Assembly (NCBI RefSeq): GCF_009914755.1
Contig: NC_060941.1
Reading direction: 5' to 3' (one strand)
Length of the DNA stretch: 64,000 nt
Origin: the human T2T-CHM13v2.0 reference genome, Homo sapiens
A program made the translations under genes and the position numbers. The notes beneath the pieces were generated by a model. It was not told the DNA's origin and did not search any database. It worked only from the letters and a program-made list of their open reading frames with translations. Shown piece by piece: positions 42,182 through 58,221 of this stretch (its first letter is position 1; each line of letters begins with the position of its first letter).

Positions 42182-42629
42182 TTTATTGGTTTTCTAGGGC
42201 TGCCGGAACTAATCACCACAAACTGGGTGGCTTCAATGACATAAATTTATCCTCTAAGAGTTCTGGAGGCCAAACGTCTGAATCAAGGTATCAGCAGGGC
42301 CATTTTCTCTCCAAAGGCTTTAAGGAAGAATCCTTCTTGCATCTTCCAGCTGTTGGTGGTTCTCAGCAACCCTCAGCACTCCTTGGCTCGTGGCAGCGTT
42401 ACTCCCATCTTGGCCTCCATCTTTGCATGGCCATCTCCTTTGTGTCTTTGCTTCCCTTGTCTCTTCTCTTTTTAGAAGGACATGAGTCATATTGGATTTA
42501 TGGCCCACCCTACTCTAGTACGACCTCATCTTAACTAATTACATCTGCAAAGACCCTTTTTCCAAGTAAAGTCATGTTCCGAGGTTCCAAGAAACATATA
42601 TTTTGGGAGACACTATTCAACCCAGTATA
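42182..42629 (-). mobile_element. MLT1C-like LTR inserted in an older MLT1H/J-like LTR (~42088-43025, +)
   Basis: CTAGGGCTGCC..CACCACAAACTGGGTGGCTT; TSD CCTAC/CCCAC. Confidence 0.85.
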
Positions 42630-43014
42630 CCCACCCTTTGATGCTGGCTTCTACCATGTGACTTGCTTAGCCAGTGGTATGTGGATGGAAGTATCCATGG
42701 GTCGGTTCTGTGCCTAGGCCTTAGGGAGCCTTGTTACTGCTCTTCCTTTTGTGCCTCTGCCCTTGTCATGAGAAAAACATGCCCTGGTCCAAGGCAGATG
42801 GCAGACACTTGGGGCAGAGCCACCCTCCCCACGACCATCTGCAGTCTTGCAGCTTAATGTAGTCAAGAGCAGCTGACCCCCAGCTGATCCACAGATGCAT
42901 GAGAAAGCTCTATTATCAATAGAGTTGGTCCAGCCAATTCACAGACACCGAGAAAATCAATCCTTCTAGTTGTATACCGCTGAGATTTTGGGGTTGTCAT
43001 GCAGCAATAGTTAA

Positions 43015-44062
<1,048 letters not shown>

Positions 44063-44089
44063 TCCTCCTTTTAACGAGGATAGGATGTA

Positions 44090-44405
44090 GAGCCGTGCTA
44101 TGTCACAAGGACCACTGTACTGTTCCTTTGTCTGAAATGCATGCCCCACCATCTCCTGTCAAGCCCATCTGCCTGACAAATTCCAAATTAATCTTTAAGT
44201 CCAAAGTCATGCACCAATTTTAGGAAGCCTTTCATGACTCTCCCAAGTAGACTGAGTCACTGTTATTCAGTGCTCCCAGCCTATGCTCACCTCCATTATA
44301 GACAGTAATTACCACTCTGTAATTGCTTGTTTATATAATTACAGGGCTTTTGATCCCTGACACAAGCAAAATGTCTGGCACCAAAAGTTGGCACTAAATG
44401 AATCA
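44090..44405 (+). mobile_element. L2 3' fragment
   Basis: TAGGAAGCCTTTCATGAC and 3' end TGTCTGGCACC..GGCACTAAATGAAT. Confidence 0.65.
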
Positions 44406-45567
44406 CAGAAAACAAAGACGTGATAGGAATGGGGCAGTAAGTGGGAATGAGGAAAAGGGAAGAAGACTGGCAGCCTAGAAGGGAACACTGCAAAAGTCTG
44501 AAAAAGTCTCAAGTCCAGACTCACATCTCTATGTGGTTTTGACACATGCAGCTGCTTTGGGGTACACCTTGCAGTATGAAACTCATCCAATCACTGAATC
44601 ACAGAACTGAACTCTGGGGGTCCCCGCTGAAATGACTCAGTAAAGTTGCAAGGAAAGCCAGACAGCAGAGGAGTCCCGTTCTGAGAGGTGGAAGGGAGAT
44701 GGCGGCGTTTTCCGCAGCCACAGAGGTGGGGTCAGATGAGAAAGGCAGCAATTTTAAAGCAGCTATTAGGAAGAACTCTCTGACTTTAATGTGGTGAGAG
44801 TGAAGCACATACCAAGAGTGGTTTCAGAGTCTCACTGAGCAGAACAATGACCAGGACAAGGACGATGACAATGAAGATGGTGATGATTCCAAGAGGGCAA
44901 CAGGTCTGATGTGACGTAAGCACGGCCCTACATCCCATCCTCACCAAAAGGAGGATGGTGGCTCATTTCTCAAGGCCTAGCATCTCAAAATACATCCCGT
45001 TAGAAAAAAGATCATAGGTTCCTAGCGCAACACTAATATCTCTTTCTGGAGATTTCAATTATCCAAATTACATTCTTTACTTTTTAACTGTCTCTCATTC
45101 TCTCACTGCCATCCTCAAAAATTTACATCTCTCCCCAGCCATCTCTTTGTCTGGAATGCAATAATATTTGATCCTTCCACTCTGCAAGCCTGCTGGAAAA
45201 TTAATTAAAAACCAGACTGGGCTCAAAGAGGCCCTTTCAGTCCAGGAATCTCATAGGGCTTAGCACTCTGCAGGGAAAGATCCGCTCCAGGCTGCTAATC
45301 ATTAGCCTACCTGCTGCACACCTTGGAGCCTAAACCATCAAACAGTTCTCATCACCAAGGGTTTATTGAGCCTTATATTTGGAGATAATTTCATACACGT
45401 GTTTTGAGTGCTCTCCAAGGAGTAATCCCTAGCAGTTTTTAGTGCACTGGGGATTGCAGACTCCTCTGAGGAGCCACGGAAGGCAACAGGTCCATTTCCT
45501 GCTGTGGTGAACACTGACTGCCTAGGGCTGCAGATGGTTTTCTTTTATTTTAGCTATCCTGTATCTG

Positions 45568-46003
<436 letters not shown>

Positions 46004-46048
46004 TAGTCAGACTATCTCAGAAGGCAGCAAAATCAGCTGAGGGATCCA

Positions 46049-46222
46049 TTTCTCCCCTCCCCCATTCCCCTCTTCTTCTCCTTCTCCCTCTCCTCTCATC
46101 TCTCCTTTCTCCCCTCTCTCTCTGCCTTCTCTCTCTCTCTCTCAATCCCTCTCCTCTCATCTCTCTTCTCCCCTCTCTCTCTGCCTCCTCCTCATCCTCC
46201 TCCTCCTCCTCTCTCTCTCTCT
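46049..46222. repeat. Polypyrimidine (CT-rich) tract with 61-bp-period internal duplication
   Basis: TCCCTCTCCTCTCATCTCTC at 46085 and 46146. Confidence 0.9.
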
Positions 46223-46542
46223 GATGCTGGCTGACACAAAAGTGGCAGCAATTGCATCCAACTTATGTTCCCGACAAGGATATGGGAACAAGGCACATAG
46301 GCCTCTGGTGCTGCATGGCCAGTAGCAGTCTGCTCAGCAGAACAGTTCAGCGACTTGGTTTTGGGTGTTACTCTTGGAAGCTGAGCCTTGAGTGTGGTTC
46401 TCCTTCCCTCCTCTCCCATCAACATTCTGGGAGCTACTTGGTATCCTTAATAAGCTCCATTCCTGTTTCATCAGCCAGGGTCAGTCTCTGTTGCTTGCAA
46501 CCCAGAACCCTGACTGAGGAACACACTCATTTTCATATATCA

Positions 46543-47175
46543 TATCACAAGGTCAGAGGCCAACTGAAGTTTTTTAAAATCCTACATTGACTCTCAGCCC
46601 AAACATACCTTCCTATAGCTCCAAGATATTAAGGCTGAGGCTTTGAAACTACATTTTTGCTTTGCTAGTTGTTCTTTGTTAGGCTCTGCAAGTCAAGGAT
46701 ATTAGAAGAAAACTTTAGTGCTTGAAAAGGGACACGTTCCTTTCTGTCTGCTGACTATTGTTGTGAGCTTTACCCCAGAAATGCTTCTTCACTGTGGCAG
46801 CCGTAATTCATTCCTATAGTATCTGCTGCATCCAGTTTGAACTTTTTCCAATATTTGCAGAACTGTCTTCATTGTGCCCTAGCCTAAGACACCATCACCA
46901 GCCTGCTGGCCCCTCCTCATGGACATTTGAGTTTCAGCTCTGAAGGGCCCTTCTCTAAGTTTCTAAGTTTTAATAATTCCAACTTCTTTCTCTATTTCCT
47001 CATCCCGAGCAGTGGTAGCTGCTTTCTATAGTTGCTACCTTTGTGATACCTTAGAGTTCTCTTTTTACCCTAGCTAACAATTTTATTCCAGTTAGTTAGC
47101 CATTTGTTGTGTTAAATTCTCTCTGTTCAAATAACTGATATGCTTTCTATCTGGAACTAGAACCTGACTGATAGA
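46543..47175 (+). mobile_element. ERVL solo LTR (LTR41-like)
   Basis: TTAAATTCTCTCTGTTCAAATAACTG..CCTGACTGATA end; exact TSD TATCA. Confidence 0.68.
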
Positions 47176-47200
47176 TATCAGCCTTAAGAAAAAGTTGTAT

Positions 47201-47413
47201 ACACATGGACACAGGAAGGGGAACATCACACTCTGGGGACTGTTGTGGGGTGGGGGGAGGGGGGAGGGATAGCATTAGGAGATATACCTAATGCTAAATG
47301 ACGAGTTAATGGGTGCAGCACACCAGCATGGCACATGTATACATATGTAACTAACCTGCACATTGTGCACATGTACCCTAAAACTTAAAGTATAATAATA
47401 ATAAAAAAAAAGA
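47201..47413 (+). mobile_element. Young L1PA2/3-like 5'-truncated insertion (~210 bp)
   Basis: AATGCTAAATGACGAG, CACCAGCATGG, AACTAACCTG; exact 15-bp TSD AAGAAAAAGTTGTAT. Confidence 0.95.
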
Positions 47414-47909
47414 AAGAAAAAGTTGTATGAGTATCCCATTTGCAACCAGAGAAAACAGAAACAGAGAAATAGGAAGGAAGAAGAGTTTCCAGCCAAGTCA
47501 AGATGTAAAGTCTCAGACTCAGAGGCCATGGAATGAGTTCAAGCCATACAAGTCCAGCAAGCAAGGTTATGTGTATACCTGGGTGATTTCTGCAATGTGA
47601 GGAGGCAAAAGAAAGACAAGACCAGACATACTACTCAGAGCCCACAGGTCCCCTGCACCAAGTCCTGCAGAGAGGCTGTACCAGGGCAATGGAAAGTATC
47701 ACAGACAGAACAGGTATGGGAAAAAATAATAAGTTTTCTGAGCATAGTGGGTGGGAAGCAGGGAATAGACTATCAGGCTTAGGAAAGAATGGTGAAAACA
47801 TGCCTAAAACCCTCTGCTTGTTTGCCACAACTGAAATAACAACAGCATCATTACTAAGATGCTCTTAGGATATTCCAGGCCTTGAGCTAAGCATATCTGC
47901 ACAGATTGC

Positions 47910-48088
47910 CACAGTCATCAATTACAAAATGCATTCTATTGTAAGACATACCATTACTTGAGGTATCACTAAGAAAGAAAAATATGCTGTCAATTAAACA
48001 ATGACCCGCCATTGCCTGTAAGATGCATCCCAATTGTAAAGATAGTAAAATATGAAAAAAAATGCTTCTTACAATCAAGGGAACATGG
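47910..48088. mobile_element. MER104-like (TcMar-Tc2) inside an antisense MIR (~47845-48255)
   Basis: CACTAAGAAAGAAAAA..CAATTAAAC..TGTAAGATGCATCCC; MIR motifs CTCATTTAATCCT and CAAGTGGCAGAGC. Confidence 0.72.
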
Positions 48089-48495
48089 CAGCTCATTTAA
48101 TCCTTATAACAATTCCTATGAAGTAGGTATTGGGGCTTAAAGGGGCAGGGGCTGAGTGACTAGTTCGAAGTCCTACAGTCAGCAAGTGGCAGAGCATGCA
48201 TCTGATCTCAGTCGGTGGGATGCCAGAGCCTGCGCTACTGGTAACTCTGGTGCCTCTTAAACCATTTAGAAGTCAGGGATCAAACTCTTACTTAACATGT
48301 GCAAATGTTACTGTTCTATTGTGAGCTTTTAGATGACCAAAAGGTATTAGCCATGAGCACTGAGCTGGTCAGACAGGGTCAGAGAAAGGGCTCTCACTAC
48401 CAAATTTCCTTCAATGGCACAGAGCAGAGAGCAATGCCAGCTCCCCTGCAAGGCAAGAGGAAAGGCACACTATGGGGAGAACTAAAGATGCAAAC

Positions 48496-48948
48496 TGTGT
48501 GAGTTCCCTGCAGCTGCTATAACAAGTTATCACAAATGCAATGGCTTCAAACAACAGAAATTCATTCTCTCATAATTCTGAAGGCCAGAAATGCAAAATC
48601 AGTATCACTGTACTGAAATCAATGTGTCAGCAGGGCCATGCTCCCTCTGGAGGCTCTAGGGAAGAATCTGTTCCTTGCCTCCTGTCAGGGCTTCCTCCCT
48701 CCAATTCAGCCTCTATGGTCACGTTGCCTCCTCCTCTCCTGTTCAAATCCCCCTCTGCCTCCCTCTTATAAGGAGGCTTGAGATTGTATTTAGGGCCCAC
48801 CCTGGAGACAATCCAGCATTACCTCCCCATCTCCACATCCTTAACTTAATCGCATCTGTAAAGGTCCTTCTTTCATATAAGGTAACATCCACAGACTCCA
48901 GAGATTAGGACCTGAGTATCTCTGATGGCCCTTATTCAGCTGACCACA
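48496..48948 (-). mobile_element. MLT1C-type solo LTR
   Basis: CAGGGCCATGCTCCCTCTGGAGGCTCTAGG; exact TSD CAAAC. Confidence 0.9.
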
Positions 48949-49296
48949 CAAACCAAAGGTGGAACCTGCTGCTGGGGCTTCCCAAGCCCAGACACCTAAG
49001 CAAATATACACAGGTTGTTGAAATTTGAAATGTTAGTTTGATATTTCCATTTTTCAAAACTTACAGTGGAAGAGAAACTTTACCTGCAAATATCTGGAAA
49101 TGTACAGATCACCCCAGCTTGACGGGCCGGGAATCATTACAACAGAAATTGAGTTGCGTGTGCTAATGCTGCAAAGTACTCATATGACAAATGACCTTGG
49201 ACCGGTCTGATTGGATGTTGGGGGCAGAGTCCTGGGTGGAGACTGATGGAGAACTAGAACCCTCACAAAGGCACTGGTGGGCAGTAGACAGAAAAG

Positions 49297-50112
<816 letters not shown>

Positions 50113-50810
50113 TTATTTCTCATGGTTCTGGAGGCTAGAAGTCCGAGATCAGGGTGCCAGCATCATCAGGTTCTGACATGGCCTTGCTCCTCGGCTCCCA
50201 GAGGGCCGTCTTCTTGCCGTGTCCTCACAGGGTGAAGTAAGAAAGACAGCGAGCTCTCTGGTGTCTCTTCTTAAAAGGACACTAATCCCATATGAGGGCC
50301 CCATCCTCACGACATCATCTAAACCTAATTACCTCCCAAAGGTTCCCATCATACTGAGAGTTGGGGCTTCAACATACGAATGTGGAAGGTTTACAATTCT
50401 GGCCCTGGCAATAACCTAGGTATCCTGCCAGGTTGGCACTCCACTAGCAACTTGCTCAGTGGGTAAAATAAGTCTCATTATTTGAAGTTAAAGCGTAAGA
50501 CACCTGGAGGTTTCTACTTCACCTGGTCAAGTCATTTGATCCTTAACTGTTGCTTTCAACAATCTCTCTGAGAAAAAGAGGCCACAGGCAATGGGGCAAA
50601 GATGGACTGTGGTCCTAGGGCACGATGTTATGGGCAGAGCTTTCTGGCCCATTCCCTTGGGAATATTGGAAGGAAAGGGGCCATCGGCTCATGGAATACC
50701 CAAACAGTCCACGAGAGGCAGGACCAGCAGACACTGCAATGTGGACCCCACGAAGATCACAGCACATAAGCACACCGACCTAACCCCCCAACACATATAC
50801 ACATGTCATG

Positions 50811-51102
50811 TTTTGTTTGTTTGTTTGTTTGTTTGTTTTAAACAGAGTCTCGCTCCTTCCCCCAGGCTGGAATGCAGTGGTGTGAACTCAGCTCAACTGC
50901 AACCTCCACCTCCCAGGTTTAAGCGATTCTCCTTTCTCAGCCTCCCAAGTAGCTGGGATTACAACTAATTTTTGTATTTTTTGGTAGAGAAGAGGTTTCA
51001 CCGTATTGGCCAGGCTAGTCTCGAACTCCTGACCTCAGACGATCCGCCAACCTCTGCCTCGCAAAGTGCTAGGATTACAGGCGTGAGCCACCGTGCCCGG
51101 CC
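50811..51102 (-). mobile_element. AluS with ~20-bp internal deletion
   Basis: GGGATTACA joined directly to ACTAATTTTTG. Confidence 0.94.
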
Positions 51103-51497
51103 CACACACACAACGTTTTGTTAAGCCTGAACCCACAACTTGTGCAAATAAGAAACAGGACCAAGAAGTTATCCCCAGGAGCTTCCACAGTTCCTGATAT
51201 AAGGGAACTGACACATATCAAATACCTACTGCATGCCTGACTGTGTGTCTGATACTCTCTGCGTGTTATTTTATTTAACCCTCATGGCCACCCTCTCACA
51301 ATTAATTTGGAGGCTGCTCAAGTGTCTCTGCGGTGCAGGGTGCCAGTCAGGATGGGCTGGGCTCTGCTGCAACAACAAAGCACCTTCCTGTTCTATATGC
51401 AGAGGCTCTGCCCGCTCCAGCCACCTAGGGACCTGCTCACAGAGGCTCCATCTCAACACGTGAGTCTGTGATCACATCACCACCTGAGTGACCTCAG

Positions 51498-51846
<349 letters not shown>

Positions 51847-52153
51847 CTATAGAGAGCCTGGCACCGTGCCTGAGACAGGACACACACTCCATGACTGTGA
51901 GTCATTGTCACGACATGTCCCGTACAGAAAAAAAAGCTCAGAAAATACTCAGACAGCCAATGTTCCAACACATGGATAAGGGTGGCGTCCATGAGATGAG
52001 ATTAAAAGTGTATTTTCCTTACCTGTTGGAGTTTTTCTTCTCTACATTTCTTTATAAAATGAGCATACATAATTTTCATCATCAAGAAAAAGGGCAACAT
52101 ATAAATAAATACATCCAACATGAGAACACAAAACAAAGTTTTAAAAGAACTGG

Positions 52154-52395
52154 CCTTAATGGATCTTCTAGATCAGAGGTTTGTAAACTATGGATTGTGG
52201 GCCAAATCCAGCCAGTTTTGTACAGCCCACGAGCTAAGGATGTGTTTTACATTTTTAAAGGGTCTTGGAGAAGGGAAAGGAAGGGGAAGGGAGAAGAGGA
52301 TGGGGAGGGGAGAGACAGCAGCAGATGCTGTGTGTGGCTACAAAGCCTAAAATATTTACTATCTGACCTTTTACAGAAAAAGTGTGTTCACCCTG
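52154..52395. mobile_element. MER58-family (hAT-Charlie)
   Basis: GGGCCAAATCCAGCC, CAAAGCCTAAAATATTTACTATCTGACC. Confidence 0.82.
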
Positions 52396-52474
52396 CTTTA
52401 GTTCACCCGACCACCTGATTCTTCAGACAATAAGTACCCAAAGCCTTGGGTGCTTTACTTAGAATTCAGTTTGT

Positions 52475-52476
<2 letters not shown>

Positions 52477-52507
<31 letters not shown>

Positions 52508-52517
52508 CACACATGCA
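52477..52517. repeat. (CA)n microsatellite
   Basis: Direct reading. Confidence 0.95.
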
Positions 52518-52967
52518 CCCCTACAAAAATTATCAGGAACACAAAGACCCTTGATATAAAATGATGAATATACAATTATCTGTCATCACACTGCAGACAG
52601 TACGTGATTGAGTCTCCTTTCCACCCAACCGTTCACACATTTAGGAAGCGTTTATTGCGGCGGGAGTTGTTAGGGGAGAGATTAAGGGGGCCTCAGCATC
52701 TCCATGTCCCAGGCACTGTTCTAAGCCTCGAGGATTCAATGATGAATAAAGCTCCAGGCTGAACACTCACTCTTTCCTGTAGCAAATCAGTTTCAGGGCC
52801 CCTCCGTGTCAGGCTCTGTGCCAGGCGCTGGGGATGCAGAGGCAAACAAGAATGATGACGCCACTGCCCAAGGAGCCTACAGCCCATCAGCGACATGGGC
52901 AGCTAAGCAACCATGCAGCACGGCGCTCAGTCAAGGGGCCACAGAGAGATTCAAAACCAAGACACAG

Positions 52968-53295
<328 letters not shown>

Positions 53296-53647
53296 TCATC
53301 ATCATGGACTAATGACAATGGCCAAAACCTGAAAAGGAAGGACTTGGCCTGGTGAAAGCAAAAGGAGGAAGGTGGTTCCTGGCAGAGGGAGAACACGAGA
53401 AAAGGCTCAAAAAGACAAACAGTGTGACGTGTGCTGAGAACCAGCTGCAGGAGCTGGTGGGTGGTTTGGGTGGTGGAGGACTGGCCTGAGCCCAAGCTAA
53501 GGAGGGAGGGAAGGAGGGAGGGGCCAGGAGGAGAACGGTGAACGAAGTCCAAGCTAAAGGGAAAAAGAGGAAAAAGGCCTGGACTTGATGGGAAGATAGC
53601 AAAGGATTTTGGACACGGAATGACATCGTCAGAAACATTTGTGGTTG

Positions 53648-53966
53648 GGCCAGGCACAGTGGCTCACGCCTATAATCCCAACACTTTGGGAGGCCGAGGC
53701 ATGTGGATCACCTGAGGTCAGGAGTTCGAGACCAGCCTGACCAACATGGTGAAACCCCATCTCAACCATAAATACAAAAATTAGCGGGGTGTGGTGGCGT
53801 GAGCCTGTAGTCCCAGCTACTCAGGAGGCTGAGACAGGAGAATCACTTGAACCTAGGAGGTAGAAGGTGCAGCAAGCCAAGATCACACCACTGCACTCCA
53901 GCCTGGGTGACAGAGCGAGACTCAGTCTCAAAAAAAAGAAAAAGAAAAAGAAAAAGAAAAAGAAAA
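53648..53966 (+). mobile_element. AluSx-like with (GAAAAA)n tail
   Basis: TSD AGAAACATTTGTkGTTG. Confidence 0.96.
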
Positions 53967-53989
53967 AGAAACATTTGTTGTTGGGGTTT

Positions 53990-54131
53990 GTTGTTTTTTT
54001 TTTTTTTTTTTTTTGAGATGGGGTCTTACTAAATGGTCCAGGCTAGCCTCAAACTCCTTGCTTTAAGCAATCCTCCAGCCTCACAGCATCCCTAGTAGCT
54101 GGGACTACAGGCACCTGTCACTGCACCCAGC
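53990..54131 (-). mobile_element. FLAM_A-like monomer
   Basis: Single monomer, TAGTAGCTGGGACTACAGG. Confidence 0.85.
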
Positions 54132-54607
54132 AGAAACATATTTTTAATAAGATTATTCTGGCTATTTCCTCTGTAGCCTTGCAGAGTGAAGGCAATTACA
54201 ATGAAAGCTAGCCTGAAGCTCTACCCAAACAACCACACTGCCCTGACCAGGCCGCTCCCTCTGCCCGTGCCGACTGCCCAAGTGTCCTTCCAGCTCCTCC
54301 CATTCAGAGCTGAGCTTCACACATGTGGCTCCAGCAAGCTGTGGGCCAGATGAGCCACCAGCCTGGCTGCCCACCAGGTTCAACCTAATCAGGTGCTCCT
54401 GATTATAGGGACACCAGGATATAGACCCAAAAGAACTGAAAACGGTGCTCAAACAAATCCTTGGTCACTCATCTTACTAGCAGCACTATTCACAGTAGCC
54501 AAAAGGCAGAACCAGCCCAAATGTCCAGCAATGGATGAATGGAACACAGTATGGCACGCCCAAACACAGTGGAATATTCTTCATCCAAAAAAAGCAATGA
54601 CGTTCTC

Positions 54608-54913
54608 GGCCAGGCACAGTGGCTCACGCCTGTAATCCCAGCACTTTGGGAGGCTGATGTGGAAGGATCACTTGGGCCCAGGAGTTCAAGACCAGCCTGG
54701 GCAACATAGTGAGATGCTGACACTACAAAAAAAAATAAATAAATAAAATAGGCAGGCGTGGCAGCACATGCCTGTAGTCCCAGCTACTCAGGAGGCTAAG
54801 GCCGGTGGATCAGTTGAGCCTGGGGCCCTTAAGGCTGCAGTGAGCTGCCATTGCAATGCTGCACTCCAGCCTGGGTGACAGAGAGACCTGCCTCAAAAAA
54901 AAAAAAAAAAAAA
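54608..54913 (+). mobile_element. AluJ
   Basis: J-type GGATCACTTGGGCCCAGG, AAGGCTGCAGTGAGC; outer TSD AAAGCAATGAmGTT. Confidence 0.93.
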
Positions 54914-55206
54914 GGCAGGGGGGCGGGGTGGCTCACGCCTGTAATTTCAGCACTTTGGGAGGCCAAGGCGAGCGGATCACAAGGTCAGGAGATCGAACCC
55001 ATCCTGGCTAACACGGCGAAACCCTGTCTCTACTAAAAATATAAAAACGAAAAATTAGCCAGGTGTGGTGGCGGGCATCTGTAGTCCCCGCTACGGGGGA
55101 GGCTGAGGCAGGAGAATGGCGTGAGCTTGCAGTGAGCCGAGATTGCGCCACTGCACTCCATCCTGGGGGACAGAGCGAGACTCCATCTCAAAAAAAAAAA
55201 AAAAAA
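54914..55206 (+). mobile_element. AluY in the AluJ tail, with ~14-bp deletion
   Basis: ATCCTGGCTAACACGG and GAGAATGGCGTGA joined to GCTTGCAG. Confidence 0.93.
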
Positions 55207-55575
55207 GAAAAGCAATGAAGTTTGATACATGCTACAATATGGATCAACCTTGAAAACACAATGCTAAATGAAAGAAATCAGACCCAAAAGGTCACATATT
55301 ATAGGATTCCAGTAATATGAAATGTCCAGAATGGGTAAATCCACAAAAACAAAGTGGATTAGTGTTTGCCAGGCGGTGGAGAGTAAGCGAAGAATGGGGA
55401 GATGGAGAGTGATGGCTTAATAGGCATGGGGTTTCCTTGGGGGGGTGATGAAAATGTGTGGAATTTAGATAGCAGTATTGGTTGCAGAAAATTATGAAGG
55501 TACTAAATGTCACTGAAGTGTTCCATTTAAAATTGTTAATTTTATGCTATGTGAATTTCATCTCAATACAACAAA

Positions 55576-55785
55576 TTTTTTTTATTATACTTTAAGTTCT
55601 AGGGTACATGTGCACAACGTGCAGGTTTGTTACATATGTATACATGTGCCATGTTGGTGTGCTGTACCCATTAACTCGTCATTTACATTAGGTGTATCTC
55701 CTAATGCTATCCCTCCCCACTCCCCCCACCCCACGACAGGCCCCAGTGTGTGATGTTCCCTACCCTGTGTCCAAGTGTTCTCATC
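55576..55785 (-). mobile_element. L1PA5/6-like short 3' fragment
   Basis: TTATACTTTAAGTTCTAGGGTACATGTGCAC; TSD AATACAACAAATTTTTT. Confidence 0.94.
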
Positions 55786-56779
55786 GAATACAACAAATTT
55801 TTTAAGGAGCCCAGGAGATGAGTAGGTTCTGGAGCCCTCTCCACTCCAAGGTTTCGGTACTCTTCTCCCAGATGTTACAGCTTTCCAGACTCCTGCTGTG
55901 CTGCTACCTGCCTTTCTGGACTGACTGTGGTTCTCTGACTAGAGGGAGCATCTAAGTCCCCTGGAGATCTAGTTCAAAATGCAGGTGCCTGGGCCTCACC
56001 CCAAGAGCTTCTGAGGCACAGAGTCTGGGGTGGGGTCCCGGCACCTGCATTTTGTTAGGTGATTCTGGTGTGGTCTGAAGTTTGCAATCAATACAACCAG
56101 ATCCTTTCTCCCTTTTCATCTTCGGACTGTTACTTAATCAACTGCAGGACAATTCTTCTTTCCCTCTTTTCTTAGTCTTTTGCAATAGGAGAAGACTTGG
56201 GCTTCCAAAAGAAACAGGAAGATACTTGAATTATGGAGAATGAAACATAACCCAGTAACTAAACAAAAGCGAGTTATAGGTAGCCTTCAATCAATGGTCA
56301 CTGACCTTGGCTGAACGTCAGAGTCCTTACGGGAACTTTTTTAAAAGTACCTAGGCCGTACCATGGACACCATCAGTCAGAACCTCCAGAGGGAGGTCTA
56401 GATGTTAATATTTTTTCTAAAGCAACACAGGCAACTTCCCTGCTCTCCACCTCACCCTTTACTCAAAGGTCGCTCGAAAAATGCTTGTAGTAAATGGCAG
56501 TATGAGTCTCTAGCTTCTTAGGCAAACATAATTATGAAAGTAAATAAGGCATGAAAAATCAAATGACACAGGCAAATTTCAGTTAAGCTTTTCTTTTTGT
56601 CTCCTGCGTGTTTAATTATCTGTGCTTCATGTTTGTAGGGCCAAAAAAGCGGTCAATTGCAACGGGCATGGATCTGCTCCCCAAAAATAACTCACATGTG
56701 TAAAGCACTTTCAACTTCGATGCCGTAAGGAAGCGTTTTCCTAACAATGATCTCCTCTGATCTTCACAACCTCTCCAAT

Positions 56780-57370
56780 TATTCTTTCATTGATTCATTC
56801 ATCAAATACCTCCTGAGAACCTACTCTGTGCCGGGCACTGTGCTAGTGTACAGGACACTGCAGAGACATGACCCATCTGTGCCCTTGCCCCCACCTTCAG
56901 GCCCCCGGTACACAGGCACACAGGCACACAGGTGATGACAGCCCAGGGAAGGGAAGGGCCAGGACGAGGAAAGTACAAAATGAAACCAAGATATGGGGCA
57001 AGTCTGGAGAGCCTTGTGGGGAAGAAATGCACAAGATGCACCCCAAAGGGTAAGGAAGAGAGTCTGGCAAAACACCGCAGAGGCGGTGCCCCAGGCAGAG
57101 CTGGCGCAAAGGCAGGGGGGACAGGAAGGAAACCGGAAGGATGGCAAGAGATAAGCAGGGAGGGACCAGGCTGCAGACGGCAGTTAGGGCCAGATCAGAA
57201 GGACTCTGGGAAGCACTCTATGAAAACAGAACTGCAAATGGAAGGTAGAGGAGCCCTTGAAGGGGTTTCAGCCAGAAACACAATCAGACTCACAACCTGC
57301 GTGGGATACTCTGGGGGCCTGTGGAAAATGATCTGGAGCGGGGAGACGAAGGTACCCTGAACAGAGAGGT
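56780..57370 (-). mobile_element. L2 3' region
   Basis: (TTCA)n tail, ACCTACTCTGTGCCGGGCACTGTGCTAG. Confidence 0.78.
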
Positions 57371-57449
57371 CACCAGGGCACATAGACAAAAGATCATTCG
57401 TACAAAAAAAGTAGAAAGAATGAATAAGTCCTGCTATACGACAGCATAA

Positions 57450-57803
<354 letters not shown>

Positions 57804-57833
57804 TAGTTGTACATTTTTAAATGACTGAAAGAT

Positions 57834-58221
<388 letters not shown>

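Larger units (their letters stand above)
54395..55575 (+). mobile_element. L1MB-like 3' region split by a tandem Alu pair
   Basis: CCAAAAGAACTGAAAAC, ATACATGCTACAATATGGAT, TATGTGAATTTCATCTCAATA. Confidence 0.82.

Noticed and set aside
44849-44887. FLAG-tag-like DKDDDN coding stretch (possible construct)
   Set aside because: Does not encode DYKDDDDK; ordinary (GAY)n low-complexity sequence
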